Shown one piece after another: positions 12,495-24,757 of a DNA stretch of 64,000 bases. This DNA is from Blepharisma stoltei ATCC 30299 (lineage: Eukaryota; Protista; Ciliophora). The notes under the pieces were generated by a model, which saw only the letters and a list, made by a program, of their open reading frames with translations, was not told the origin of the DNA and did not search any database. The stretch is from the NCBI GenBank assembly GCA_965603825.1, contig CBFDEM010000012.1:620001-684000 (forward strand), read 5' to 3'. The first letter of the stretch is position 1, and each line of letters opens with the position of its first letter. A program made the position numbers and the translations under genes.

Positions 12495-13079
12495 TTATTT
12501 TGTTGTATACATCATAGAGATTTGGTATGATTTTGATATTTGTTTTTCTGAAATGCTTCCCGGCATTCTTGTTATATCATTATTATCTTGGTTTTTCATA
12601 ATTGATCGCCAACCAGCAGATTTTGTGGTTTCGTTTTTACTTTCTTGAGTGTCTGTATATTTTTTTATTGGGGATTCAAGGGTCACGTCTATTGCATGAA
12701 GAGGAGATGCTCGGCAATGGGGGCATACCACTTCAAAATTAAGAAACTTAGTTTTCAGATCTGTCGCGCATTGGAGGCAAATATAGTTTTTACAACATTT
12801 AGTTGTTAAAATACTTGTAAAATATTTAAAACATATAGGACAACTGTAAGGAAAAAAGTTGCTCTGGGTGTTAGATGGGGTATGATCAAGGGCTTTTATA
12901 TCATCTTTAGAATATTTTGAATCTATAATAACTTTTCTTCTAGAACAGGCATTTGGCATTGGCGGCCTTAAATGAATAACAGTTGGGGGTTCGATTGTGG
13001 TGGCTCGAGTCAATATTTGAGTGCGAACCATATGCCTGGTCGTTCTAACTTCTTTTGATGATGCACATATGCAGCCCAT
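12495..13079 (-). CDS. RING finger protein with an N-acylation-type start
   Basis: MGCICAS; CPICF...CCKNYICLQC...CPHC. Confidence 0.8.
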   Translation of the reverse strand: MGCICASSKEVRTTRHMVRTQILTRATTIEPPTVIHLRPPMPNACSRRKVIIDSKYSKDDIKALDHTPSNTQSNFFPYSCPICFKYFTSILTTKCCKNYICLQCATDLKTKFLNFEVVCPHCRASPLHAIDVTLESPIKKYTDTQESKNETTKSAGWRSIMKNQDNNDITRMPGSISEKQISKSYQISMMYTTK

Positions 13080-13326
13080 TTTTAAACAATAAAATTACTA
13101 AATCAGATATAAGAAAACGGCATTAATTATAATTTTAATTGTTTAAAGCATTCTAAATATAAATAATTAACGGTTATTTTTTCTGGTTTCTGGCTGGTTT
13201 TTCTTTAAATTTAAATTTGTATTAAATTTCAAAAAAATGCAAAAAATTAAATACTATAAGATGCTAAAGACAAAAATTATCATTAAATAAATGTAACCAA
13301 TTTTTTAAAAATAAAAAAATTAATAT

Positions 13327-13995
13327 ATGAATATTGCAATTGAAGCATGACTAATTATAGCAAGCGGTATTTTAAGAATATCTAGCTTTCTTTTTGACGC
13401 ATATTATGTATATTCACAGTCTTTTACTTCTGATATCGTCAAGCTATTTTGTCTTATCTTTTTGTTTGCTCCTATGGCTCTATTGCTTACTATAATACTC
13501 TATTGCTTTATAAAAGGTTTATTTTCCAAAAATTGGAAGCACAATTGTGGACAATTTTCCTTAGGAATTTTAATTTGTATTGGTGAGCCTATTGGTCTCA
13601 GTTTTTTTATTTTTGGAATCACTTTGCTTATTGTCAAAGCAACAGACCGTGATTTTTATATGGTAGATGCCCTTTCAAGGGTTTCAAATTTAAATGATGC
13701 AGTCTTAGAGTCATTTCCTCAGATAATCCTGCAGTCTTACAACAATGGAAAACTCGATAATTGGAGCTGATTTACGATTGCGTCAGTAGGTATTTCTGCG
13801 CTTTCTTTCACATACACTTGTCTCAAGCTTGTGCATGATTTAGATAAAATTAAGCATTTTGAAGCTGTATCACAATTTATTAGACAAAGTGTAGTCCCCT
13901 CAACTGCAGGACAACCCCAAGATAATATAAATAAGAAGTCACCAAAAGAAAGTATGGATGTATATGATTTTAGCTCAGAAGAACTTCCCAGATAA
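13327..13995 (+). CDS. XK-related-like multi-pass membrane protein, 222 aa
   Basis: ATG 13327 is in frame with ORF 13462; two TGA codons read through; TAA at 13993. LESFPQIILQSY resembles the XK-family ES.PQ..LQ.Y motif. Confidence 0.65.
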
Positions 13996-14059
13996 TTAAT
14001 AACATTGAAAATGGATTAAAATCATGCTAAAAATTTTAAATATGTTGATGGTTAATATT

Positions 14060-15664
14060 TTAAATTCCTCCAGATAATGTGATTAATAGCGCACTAACAT
14101 TATCAGCTGTTCTTCTTGCATGTGTTGCTTCACTCACGATATCTTTTATCACTCTTTGTGGATCCTGCTCACAAAGAGGCATTTTTCTCAGTTTGTCTCT
14201 TGTCAGCCTTACTAATTCTTGATTTGTATAGGCTTCATAAAGTCCATCACATCCTATAATAATAAATTCATCAGAAGATGTTATTGGGATAATATGAATT
14301 TCTGGCTCATTGCTTACTAGTGGCCCAGTAGTTTCTTCACTTTCTGAAGCTGTTTTCAGCTCAAAATCTCCAAAAGCTCTTGAAACTGCAAGTTTCCCTT
14401 GAACTCTTCCAAATAGAACAATTCCTCCATTGGCTTCTATGCGCTTGGTTTCTTCAGGGAGCTCTGGCTTATGATCTCTGCTAAGCTGAACTGCTTGGCC
14501 ATTTTGTGAAAGAATGATTCTGCTGTCGCCTAAATTGCAGATGACCATTTTATCTTCCACTATCATACAAGCCACAGCTGCAGAGCCCATGAATTTTCCA
14601 ATTTCATAATACTGGTCACGAAAAGATTGGTCACACTCTATAAAAGCGTCCACTAATGGCCCTTTCCAATTTTCGACTACAGATTCCCCTTTTATATGTT
14701 TTTTTATGATTTTATGCAAATTTTCTTTTAAAAAATCAGCACAATTTGATCCTCCATGCCCATCAAATACAGCGTAATAACTTACTGTTTCAAAAGGACT
14801 AATAAATAAATTATGAATAATCTGGTCTGCATCTTCCATTGTAGGCCTTAATCCTTTTTCAGAAAATCTCCCAACGTTATATCTGCAGCATTCAAATTCA
14901 AGTTTACCAATACGAAAAGCACAGCCTGGAATCAGCTGAAATTCTTCTCCTGCGTTTAGTTTTCTATAGACATTAAAAGTGTTTTCATCGAGATTTACCA
15001 AATAAAACTTGCTATTTACAAAGCAAAATTGAGCTTGATATGGGCTTAGATTCGGAATAGTGATATCAGTGTCTTGTGAACTTCCAACATAAACTGGTTC
15101 CCAGCCGACTGTGAATTCAAGCTCAGGTACAAAAATACGTATACATTTAATTGCCCATGGAAGTTCTCTAATTTCATTAATTGCATGAGAAACTTTTTCA
15201 ATATTTTGGATATCTAGCTTTAAATTTTCTATATCTGCACTTAGCAAAGTTTGCAGTGTCCATTCTTCTCCTAGAGTATTTAAAATTTCTTTTAGTTCAT
15301 ATTTTTCAATTCAATAGTCGTCTAAGCTTTTTTCTTCACCTTCCATCACTTCAAAATCAAAAGGTCCGATCCTTATAATATTTCCTATATTTATTTCTTC
15401 ACCAATATTGGTAGTTTGCTGGACTTTTATTCAGGTGCCTGAGGAGGTATTGAGGTCAGAAAGAAAATACTTGTCACCTTTCTTTAGAATTCTGGCGTGC
15501 AGAGGGTCAAGGCCAGCTTTTTCAATTGACATAGTCAAATCGTAATCTCTTGGATCTCCAGAACCGAATGTTTCACCTTCTGGCTAAATAGTGATTACAT
15601 TGGGATTTACATATAAAAATCTTCCTTTAAAAAGCCCATCGGTGCATCTGAGCACTATCTCCAT
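14060..15664 (-). CDS. PP2C/PPM phosphatase with N-terminal FHA-like and SAM-like modules; 2 exons, 529 aa
   Basis: ATG 15664, intron 15584-15598, TGA at 15431 and 15311 lead into ORF 14060..15247. PP2C motifs RPTMED, VFDGHGG, NLGDSR, DHKP, LAVSRAFGD, GCDGL, DNVS. Confidence 0.88.
15584..15598 (-). other. 15-nt spliceosomal intron
   Basis: Minus strand gtaatcactatttag; removes an in-frame TAG; A at position 10. Confidence 0.88.
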
Positions 15665-16216
15665 GTTTTCTTACTTTAATTCCTTACTAAAATATACATT
15701 ATCGGTTTAATAGTAATTTGGAAGAATTTTCTGAGCTTTTTGAATATAAAGCAATTTGAATAAGTGAAAATTTATAATTTAATAATTTATTACATAATTT
15801 ATTAAATCAGCAATTACAAGAGAATTAAGGATCATTAATAACTAGCCTTAGCTTATAGCATAATAAAATTAAATTCTGAATTTAAGAGGGAAAATACATA
15901 TCTAAATAGCAATAAACAACTGAGGATAATATATAAAGTAGCTTTTCTTTATGCAGCTTAAAAGTTTATGCACTTGAAATATGAAATATCTATTATAAAA
16001 TAAATTAGAAATCAATCCATCAATTTGAAATTAAGCTTTCTTCTTTATTTATTAGCTCATTTATTATTAGTCGTCTATTTTCTTAAAATGATTAGCTGAA
16101 AAAAATTTATCTGGAAATTTTTAATTTTATCATATATATCTTATCAATATCTGCTTCGTTATATATTTAAAAAAATTAGCAATATTTATCATTATTTTTA
16201 TCTATTTATAAAAAAA

Positions 16217-17725
16217 TTAAGCAACTTTCTCGCCATGTCTCCACTCACCTTCAATATGATTTCCATCTTTATCAATCAGAGTTCCTTTTCCATGCTGTTT
16301 CCCATCAAGTCATCCTCCATTATAAGAAGCTCCATCAGATCACGTAAACATTCCTTGTCCACACATCCTATTATCACTCCAAAACCCAAAATACTTGCTT
16401 TTATTACTAAATGTATAAACCCCGCTCCCATTGAATTTATCTTCAAAAAAATTTCCTTCATAGACGTCTCCATTTTTTTTGATTAGTCTTCCATACCCAG
16501 TTCTCCTATCATTTTTTCAATATCCAATATACTGGTCTCCATTGGTCCATGTATAAATTCCTCTTCCATGTTTTTGGCCTTCATTATTATATTGTCCAGT
16601 ATATATATCACCGCTTTCTAATATTTCTGACAAGTTTAATTCTTTTGGCATCCCATGATTACTATAGAATTCAAATGGAGGAAGAGTGTCTTCGGTAGGC
16701 TTGGTGTGATTAGTTAGGGATGCTAATACGTCGTCTCAGTTTACAACTGATGATCTTCTAGGCTGATTTTCTTTATTTTCTTCAATAATATTGCTAATAG
16801 CTAACTCAATGTCATATACGCCATGTGCAGGGAGTTTAAATGACTTTCCAATTATCAGGTCTTTGTAATTAACTTTAGCTTTCAATTGATCTAAAAACTT
16901 GTGGGCTGGAGCAAGGGATGGAGGCTTGGCAGTGGTTTGAGATTTTGTATCACAGCTGAGCTTTTCTACTATGCTTGCATTGATGAAATGCTGCTTTATT
17001 TTAGATATTTCTGTAAGTGAATCGGAAAGATTTACAAATTTTGAAGCAAGCTCTACTTTAAGATTTCCCACTTCTAAAATTTCGTCCAAATCCTGGACCT
17101 GCTTTATACAAGCTAAAGTTCCTTCTCTGATGTCTTTAATCATTTTTGCCTCAGTTTCTTTTAATGCATGAATATGAGAATCTACAAGCAAATTAATTTG
17201 TTCAATAATCGAATTTATATCATTTAATGACTTTTTATATTCATCAATTGAACTTTCAATCGCTGTTTCTTGAACATCGATAACTTTTTGCTTTTCTTCA
17301 ACTATGTTTAAGGTAATGGCATCACATAAGCCAAAGTAAATATGATTTTTATGCTCACTTATACAGGTTTTGCAAAGAAACTTCTGATCGTCTGTACAAT
17401 AATACTCAATTTCATACTTATGGTCACTGCAAAAATACAGATATTTTTCTCCTTTAGATAGGCTAAGAAAAGAATTATTTGTGGCTAATTCATTGGAATT
17501 TTTTGAAGTAATTTTATTGCATTGAGGGCATTGAGTTTTCTTCCCTTTTGACTTCGTTTTGATGCATTCTGCACAAATGGTATGACCACAGGTGAGAAAT
17601 TTTGGAGTTCTATGTTCTGAGTCATATTCTTTTAGGCACATAGGACAAAGCACTGCTGGGTTTGGCTTGATTTGAATTCTATGATGTGAATCCTTTAATC
17701 AGTTTATCTTTGTCGGGACTTCCAT
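16217..17725 (-). CDS. RING-B-box-coiled-coil protein with C-terminal MORN repeats, 502 aa
   Basis: ATG 17725. RING CPMC...CGHTICAEC...CPQC; B-box CSDH...YYCTDDQKFLCKTC...H. Read-through of TGA 16736 reveals MORN repeats (YTGQYNNEGQKHGRG, YIGYWKNDRRTGYG, YEGNF, YFGFW, YNGGWLDGKQHGKG). TAA at 16217. Confidence 0.88.
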
Positions 17726-18083
17726 ATTTTGAATGCTAAGAAATGTATTAGCTTTTAAGCATGTCTATCCAAATAAATTATTTTTATTGTTATTTTGAGC
17801 TACTATTAGGCTTCTTAAATGAAGAGATAATAATAGCTCTCATTTTGATTGATCAAATTCTGAAAGCGTAGCTTTTATTTTTATGAGCATCATAAAAAAT
17901 TCTCCAAAATGCAGTTAAATATACAAATAAGAAAAATAGAAGGCTATTGCTCGTTTAAAATACAAATTTATTTGAGATTGCTTTATAATTAATATTAATC
18001 ATCATAAGTATGAGCATTTGATTTTTTAAAAATTGATATTATAACCTTTTTATCTTTAACTTTTTTAAATAAACCTATTTAGA

Positions 18084-19052
18084 TTAAACTTCTTTTAATG
18101 GCTTTCTCGCTTCTGGGCTCAGAGTAAAATCTTCCACTGGGAATATCAAAAGCTGCAAAAACCCTACCACAATCATTTCCGAGCACAACAGCAAGCTGTT
18201 TGTGTACGTCGTCATTTCATCTACAGTATACTTATTATCACTAGAAATAACCCCTAATTCAACCAAAATCAATATCAATAAAGGCTGAATTTCTGTAAAC
18301 ATCATGGAAAGCTTGATAATATAAAATTTGGTCGTAATTCCAAGTCTTTCAAGCTCAGGGATGTGATGGGCAAAATGAGAAAAATTAAATAAATAGCTTA
18401 GAGCAAAGCAGGAACTGCAAAACTTCGCAATCATAGCTAAATAAGCGAGTGAATAGTGCGTTGGGCCTTTATAAACCCAAACATCGTGAAATAGGAAGTA
18501 AACAATGAGCTCTCCTACTCCAATTAAAAATAAAACGACTGAAAGCTGAAGCACTCCAATGTAAGTTTTAGTAATATAGGAATCAGCTTCTTTAGGAGTC
18601 GTCAATGGAGATGGTTTGACGCAGAAGTAAATGCATTTAGCTTTTTTTATCCTCATTAAGCATTCTTGTCTTTCTTTTTTAGAGTATTTGTTTTCATCTC
18701 CTTCTTTGATCCATCCCATCATGCGGTCAATGTAATACATAAAAGCAATGAGGCCAATGGATTTGTACATATTAAGGCAAAATTCAAGGGTCTTTTGCTT
18801 TTCCATAGTGGATATGACAGCTAGAGCAGTCCAACCAATGAGCATTGGCATCAAGAACAAAACCATTAAAGCAATTTGAGCTTGCTTATAAATCATGTGC
18901 CTGTAGTATTTCCAAAGCTGATATAAGACTAAGAGAGTAGATATGAATAAGACAACCCCAGACACAAATACTGCTGCTTTCTCACCAAGATCCCCATGAC
19001 TTCCTTCATTATCAGAGGTATCTGTATTTGTTGAATTATCTGCGTCGCTCAT
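18084..19052 (-). CDS. OST-alpha/TMEM184-like 7-TM solute transporter
   Basis: Seven hydrophobic segments; YIGVLQ and KFYIIKLSMMFTEIQ, LLCSEM resemble the family motifs. Confidence 0.7.
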   Translation of the reverse strand: MSDADNSTNTDTSDNEGSHGDLGEKAAVFVSGVVLFISTLLVLYQLWKYYRHMIYKQAQIALMVLFLMPMLIGWTALAVISTMEKQKTLEFCLNMYKSIGLIAFMYYIDRMMGWIKEGDENKYSKKERQECLMRIKKAKCIYFCVKPSPLTTPKEADSYITKTYIGVLQLSVVLFLIGVGELIVYFLFHDVWVYKGPTHYSLAYLAMIAKFCSSCFALSYLFNFSHFAHHIPELERLGITTKFYIIKLSMMFTEIQPLLILILVELGVISSDNKYTVDEMTTYTNSLLLCSEMIVVGFLQLLIFPVEDFTLSPEARKPLKEV

Positions 19053-19507
19053 CTTTGTTTTATAATTATGGCTGATAAATCACTTATTTTAGTTTAAAAA
19101 TAGTTTGCTTTGAAATAAAAATTTATCTATCTACTTTTAGAGTTATTAAAATGTAATGTGAATTTAATTAAAAGTTTTTTTTTCAGTTTACAATTTTTAA
19201 TTTATATTATAATATCAATTTTTTGATAATTGTCAAACTATCAGGGCTTCTTTATAAGAATTATTATCTTTTTTGAGAACTAATTTTAATTTTAAGTGAG
19301 AATTTCTTTTCTTTAATACGCTTAATTAAAATGGAGCATAATGTTGAATATATGATTTATTACTTATTAAATAAATCCAGAATAAAAGAAATTTATTACT
19401 AGATGCTCTGATAATTTTTTTATTATTAAATTATCCAATCCTATCGTCTCCTTGCCTAATTTTTTGAGCCTTAAATACCATAATTAAAATAACGCAAATA
19501 ATTCATA

Positions 19508-20323
19508 ATGAATTTACATAAACGTTTTTTAAGCGACAATTACTTAATTGCCTCAAGTAGTACCGACACTTGATGGCCTTCTGTCGAAAAGTCTCCTCAG
19601 CTCCCAAATCTCAGGATCAGAAAAAAGAAAAAACATCCAAAATCTGTCAGAGATATCAGCAGTGAAGAAGGAATGATTAAATTGCAATCTCAGCTCCAAG
19701 AGCTCGAAGCTCTTCAATCTGAAAACAACGAAGAAGACCTACTATCTGATGATAAGTCCAAAACCTCAACAAGGCCTATAACAATGCAAAGCTCTCCAAT
19801 GCTGCTTAAAACGTACACTGGAGAATTCATCAACCAAAAACGTAACATTGAAAGCGAGCTTAGAAAAATGCATCATCATATAGAAGAAAACTTAAAAGTA
19901 ACTAAATCATCTACGGGACGCAGAAGAAGGCACAAATATAATGTATCTATGCCTGTGTTAGAATATGACAGTACAATGATGCCGACCGATTTAATTATCA
20001 TGGCACAAGTCAGACGTGGGCTTATGAATGAAGTTAAAAACAAAAGTATCAGCAATTTGACATTTGAAAAAATAGAAGAAATCAAGAGGAATTATATACC
20101 TGAACAGCTGAAAAATTTAGAAAACATTAAAGAGAATTTACAAAAGCAAAAGCAAAAAAAGGAGCTTTTAAGTAGGAATCCACTTTCAAATGCTTCTTAT
20201 CATATACTAGCATTTGATAAAAAATCCAAAAAAAATTTAAGGAAAAGCTTAATAGAAACACTACCAGATGCTTCAAGATTTCAAGCCCACAGCAAAATCC
20301 AGCCTAAAACCTTGAAGTATTAA
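19508..20323 (+). CDS. Hypothetical basic/coiled-coil protein
   Basis: ATG 19508 is in frame with ORF 19673 through one TGA; ends TAA. Confidence 0.65.
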
Positions 20324-20413
20324 TTTAATTTTTGTTAAAATAAAGTCCCAAGCTTAAAACTTCCCTATAAAATTATTTGATAAATGTATCAAAGCTCTAT
20401 ATAATTTCCTCTC

Positions 20414-21154
20414 ATGAAGATAAGCAATGTGATACTGGTCCAAGGCCAACAACTGACCAACAAACTAGTCAACGAAACTTCATCAGGTACTATTTTCTTC
20501 GAAAAAGACCATAATCACTTAAAACCTCCACTTTTGCCTCACCAAATCCTCCATTATCTCAGGGCACCCCAATTTATTCCTAATCCTGAAAATTTTAACC
20601 TATCTAAACCTTCATATGAAGATTATATAGCACGAAGGCACAGTGTCAGAGAGTTTACTCCTTTAAGTATTGAAAACGAGCATAGTCCTGTTATGAGATA
20701 TTTATCATTATTAACGAATGATCCTATGATGAAAAGATCTATGAGCTTATTAGGAGATTTCCAAAAGACTGATGAAATGAAGTCTTTACAAAAACCTCAT
20801 ATGCCACAGCTCGTGGCCAGACCTTATAGTCCTTATAGGCCTCAAATCCAAAAACGAGCTATTGGGAAAAAGCAAAATATAAATAATGCTAAAGACAATA
20901 AGAAAATAAAAACAAAGAGAAATATGAAAAAAGAAATTAATGTGAATGCAGAGTCAAGAAGGATGAGGAATGAGAATAAAGCAAAGATTAGAAACCCAAG
21001 CTTTAATAGGCTGGCTAGAGTTAAAGAAGAAATGATAAATTTTAAGCCGACTATTCAGAAAAACCATGAAATCAATTTAAGAATTCAAAAAAGGTCAAAT
21101 TCGCAGCCTCAAATTAGCCGGATTGGCTGGGAAAAGTTAAAAATTCATTTATAA
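20414..21154 (+). CDS. Hypothetical basic low-complexity protein
   Basis: 246-aa ORF with coding-like composition between AT-rich spacers; no recognised domain. Confidence 0.6.
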   Translation: MKISNVILVQGQQLTNKLVNETSSGTIFFEKDHNHLKPPLLPHQILHYLRAPQFIPNPENFNLSKPSYEDYIARRHSVREFTPLSIENEHSPVMRYLSLLTNDPMMKRSMSLLGDFQKTDEMKSLQKPHMPQLVARPYSPYRPQIQKRAIGKKQNINNAKDNKKIKTKRNMKKEINVNAESRRMRNENKAKIRNPSFNRLARVKEEMINFKPTIQKNHEINLRIQKRSNSQPQISRIGWEKLKIHL

Positions 21155-21226
21155 AAAACTAATTTATTTATTATTTATTTTTTTAACAATTCATATACAA
21201 TTTCTAATTAACACTTTAAACATTTG

Positions 21227-22714
21227 TTAAAACTTGGCCAAGATGATATCCTGGAACTCTTGGAGATCAATTTCTCCATCACCGTTTTGGTCCACTTCAC
21301 TAATGATTTCATTCCACACCCTATCATCACTTGGAGCACTACCTTCAAGAATCTTCCTGAGCTCTGCAGCAGATATTGACCCACTTCCATCTCTATCAAA
21401 CACTTTAAAAGCAGTCTTCAAATTTTCAGCTGAAAGCACTTTTTCCATATTTAATGCAGCTTTCAGAAACTCTGTATAATCTACGAATCCGTTCTTGTCA
21501 GTATCAACTTCTTTCATTATTTTTGCGACCTCTCTGCCAGCTTCTTCAGCACCTAAAATTTCTGTATATTGATCTATTAAGTCTTCTTTGCTTAATTTCC
21601 CATCACCGTTTTTATCAATAATCAAAAATATTTCTTTTAAACCTTTGGTGTCTTGTGGAGCCATACATTGTGTAGCAATAAATGTATGGACTGCATCTCT
21701 AAGCTTACTAGAGGCATGAAAGTTCCTTAAGTTTGATAAAACTTCATTTAGCATTTCTTTATTTGTAACAGTGCGGTCTATTCTTGATGTTACCCATGGA
21801 TGCCGCAGAGCTTCTGTGGCTGAAATTCTGTTGCTTTCAGGGCATAGCAGCACAGAGAGTAACTGTTTGGCTTCTTCTGAAATATTTGGTCATGGGTTTA
21901 TTTCATAATTGACCTTTCCAGCTGTGACCTTTTTAATGATGTCATCTTCTGTTTTTCCATCAAAAGGAGGAATCCCACTTAGTAATATATACATAATTAC
22001 GCCACAGCTCCAAAGATCACACTTTTCAGTATAATGCCCAACAAGTGCTTCAGGAGAAATATAGTAAGCAGTACCTGAAATTTCTCCCCGAGCTCTAGAA
22101 GCACCTGAATAAGTTGCAGTTCCAAAGTCTATCAGTTTTATATTTAAATCACCGTTTTTCTCTTCAAGTAAAATATTTTCTGGCTTCAAATCTCTATGAA
22201 TTATCATAAGGTTATGCAAATAAGCGACTGCTGAAAATAACTGATACATAATTTGGGCAGCATGCTTTTCAGAAAAAGTCTGCCGCTTTATGATCTCTTC
22301 GAAGAGCTCACCTCCTTTGCAAAATTCCATAATGACATAGAGGCGTTTGGAGTCTTCAAAATATTCATATATGCGAACAATATTTGGGTGATCTAGAGTT
22401 TTTAGGATATTTATTTCTTTTTCCAGATTAGCTTTAGAGGCTTCATTTGTTAAAAGATCTTTTCGAAAAATTTTTACTGCCCGTTTTATATTAGTCTCCC
22501 TATGAAAGCAAGTCTTTACTTCTCCTGATCCTCCTGTTCCTAAGCATCGGCCTAGTCTATAAATGTCTTGAAATTTGTTTTCATTTTCCCTCACAAAGTT
22601 GCTAGCCTGCACAACGATTTCTTGAACGTTGCTTATTTTTTTCTCTTCTTGTGTGCCATTTGATTTTAAACTTTTTTCTCTTCGAAATTTGGTGTTTATT
22701 GATCCACATCCCAT
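21227..22714 (-). CDS. Calcium-dependent protein kinase (CDPK), 495 aa
   Basis: MGCG start, kinase domain, TGA at 21890 (NP-W-PNISEEAK) joins the two ORFs, four EF hands. Confidence 0.94.
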
Positions 22715-22995
22715 TATTTAATTTCTTATTAATTAATAAGCCTTTCAAATTATTTTTAGCAATTTATTAGTTTTCGAAGTCTTTTATTTATTTATCCCTA
22801 CAAGTTTCTTTAAAATTTCTTATTTATCTTGGTCTCAAATAAAAAAATTTAAACATGAATGATAACGAAATCTGATAGATCATGCATTAATTTATATTTA
22901 ATTAATTGAAATAAATACTTATGAAACTGTAAAAGTTAGCTTCATTGAAGAGTATTAATTTGAAGTATTTTGAGATGATATATTTAAAAAGATAA

Positions 22996-24477
22996 ATGGA
23001 ATACTACGCTTCTCATCCTTTGACATCACGCACGATGGACTTATCATCAGCTCGCTCGCATATTGACACTTTATTTCAAGAGCAAGAATTCGAGCAGAAA
23101 GTGATCGGAACTGAATTAATCCGCTGAATGCAACTCACAATTACACTAATAGTAGTCCTTTTTTTGCTCATTTTTTGTATCAACTTATCAATGCCTTATG
23201 AAATTGCTATTATCCCCTTAATTCTTTACGATTTATTTTTGCTTGTTCAAATCATAATGCAAAGAAAAAACCAATCATCGTAATTTTTATAAAGACTGAC
23301 TTTTTTAAAGCGAAATATAAAAGAAATAGCGGAACATCTAGGGAATCTTATTTTTAAATTTGGAGTTATTATTTATTTATCATATAGAGACACTTCATTT
23401 TTGCTGATATCTACACCAATATTTGTAACAACTGCTATACGATGGATTTTCAAGCCAAAATACTCAGTTGAGTGCCAAGCATTTTCAGCGATAATTCGCT
23501 TAATAGTAAGAACACTGAAACTTCTAGCAATTTTATCAATAGGATTGAAGCTGGATCATAGTGTTTCATGAAGCTGAATTACAACATTTTGGCCTGTTTG
23601 ACTAGGATCAAGCATTTTAGCTATTGTAGGCCTTGGGATGGTTTTATTACTAATAAGCTCAGTTTGTTCTTTTATATCTGGCCAAGGATCATATATAGAT
23701 ATTGTTTCTTCCTCATGGCTTTTATCTGTAACTTGAGCTAGCTCATTATCCTTGTTTTATTTTTTTTACTTTTTAGGACTATCTCTTGATGAAGGTGATT
23801 GAAGCCAAATGATCGCCCCAAATATTGTAGTCATTTTAGTGCTTATTCTTCTGGTGATTTTAACTAAAACCTGCTTTCAGTCTTTAAAGTAATTTTTAAG
23901 CAGAATCTGGTGGCAAGACTTTTTTTCTAACCAAGATGAAGATATAAATCACATGCCAGGGGCTGTGCACGATATAAATTCTCCCTCCCAAACAGTCACA
24001 GAGCAGATAATTTCTATACTCAAAAAGCCACCAAAATTCTTAGTTAGGGTGTCAAACACATATTATAAGCCATGTGATGAGGCTAAAGTTACACCTACAA
24101 CTCCAAGGCATAAAAAATCAAAATCTGAAATGGTAGGGAGAAATCAAATACCTGCAGAAACAGTAGAAACTGAACCGAAATATACAAATGTATCAATGGT
24201 AGATGCATCTATTCACCAATCAGTAGATTTTTCGTCGAATTCTACACAAAAAGTGTGTATGATATGTTGCAGTGAAGAGCCAAATGCAGTAATTATGGAC
24301 TGTGGCCATGGAGGCCTATGCTATAGTTGCTCAATTGAGCTTTGGAAAGTTCAAAAATGCTGCCATATATGTAGAAGAGAAATCAGCCAAGTCCTGGAAA
24401 TTTCAAAAGCGAGGTCTAAAATTTTAAACGTGGTGAGTGTAACTGGAGTTGTTTATGAAGACAACTCTGATGAATAA
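22996..24477 (+). CDS. Multi-pass membrane protein (TMEM185-like) with C-terminal C3HC4 RING; 3 exons, 483 aa
   Basis: ATG 22996; introns 23280-23294 and 23889-23903; several TGA=Trp including LKLDHSVS-W-S-W-ITTFWPV-W. RING CMICC...CGHGGLCYSC...CHICR. Confidence 0.82.
23280..23294 (+). other. 15-nt spliceosomal intron
   Basis: gtaatttttataaag; removes an in-frame TAA; A at position 10. Confidence 0.85.
23889..23903 (+). other. 15-nt spliceosomal intron
   Basis: gtaatttttaagcag; removes an in-frame TAA; A at position 10. Confidence 0.87.
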
Positions 24478-24757
24478 TTGTGTTTTTAGGGTATTTACAG
24501 ATAATATATACTATTTTCTAGTCTTTTATTATATTGATGTATAATTTTTTAGAGGCTATCTATACTATTAAGATTTATCATCAATCACAACTTAATTTAT
24601 AGATTTTCTTAATAAATCGTTCTGCTTAAACAGCATTTTGTTCGCTAATCCCATTTGAAGATTCAAAACTTATCCTATATTCAAAATTTATTTTTACTAA
24701 TAAATTGTTACACGTCTATTTTAATGAAAAATTTATAATTATTTCCTACTAGGAAAA

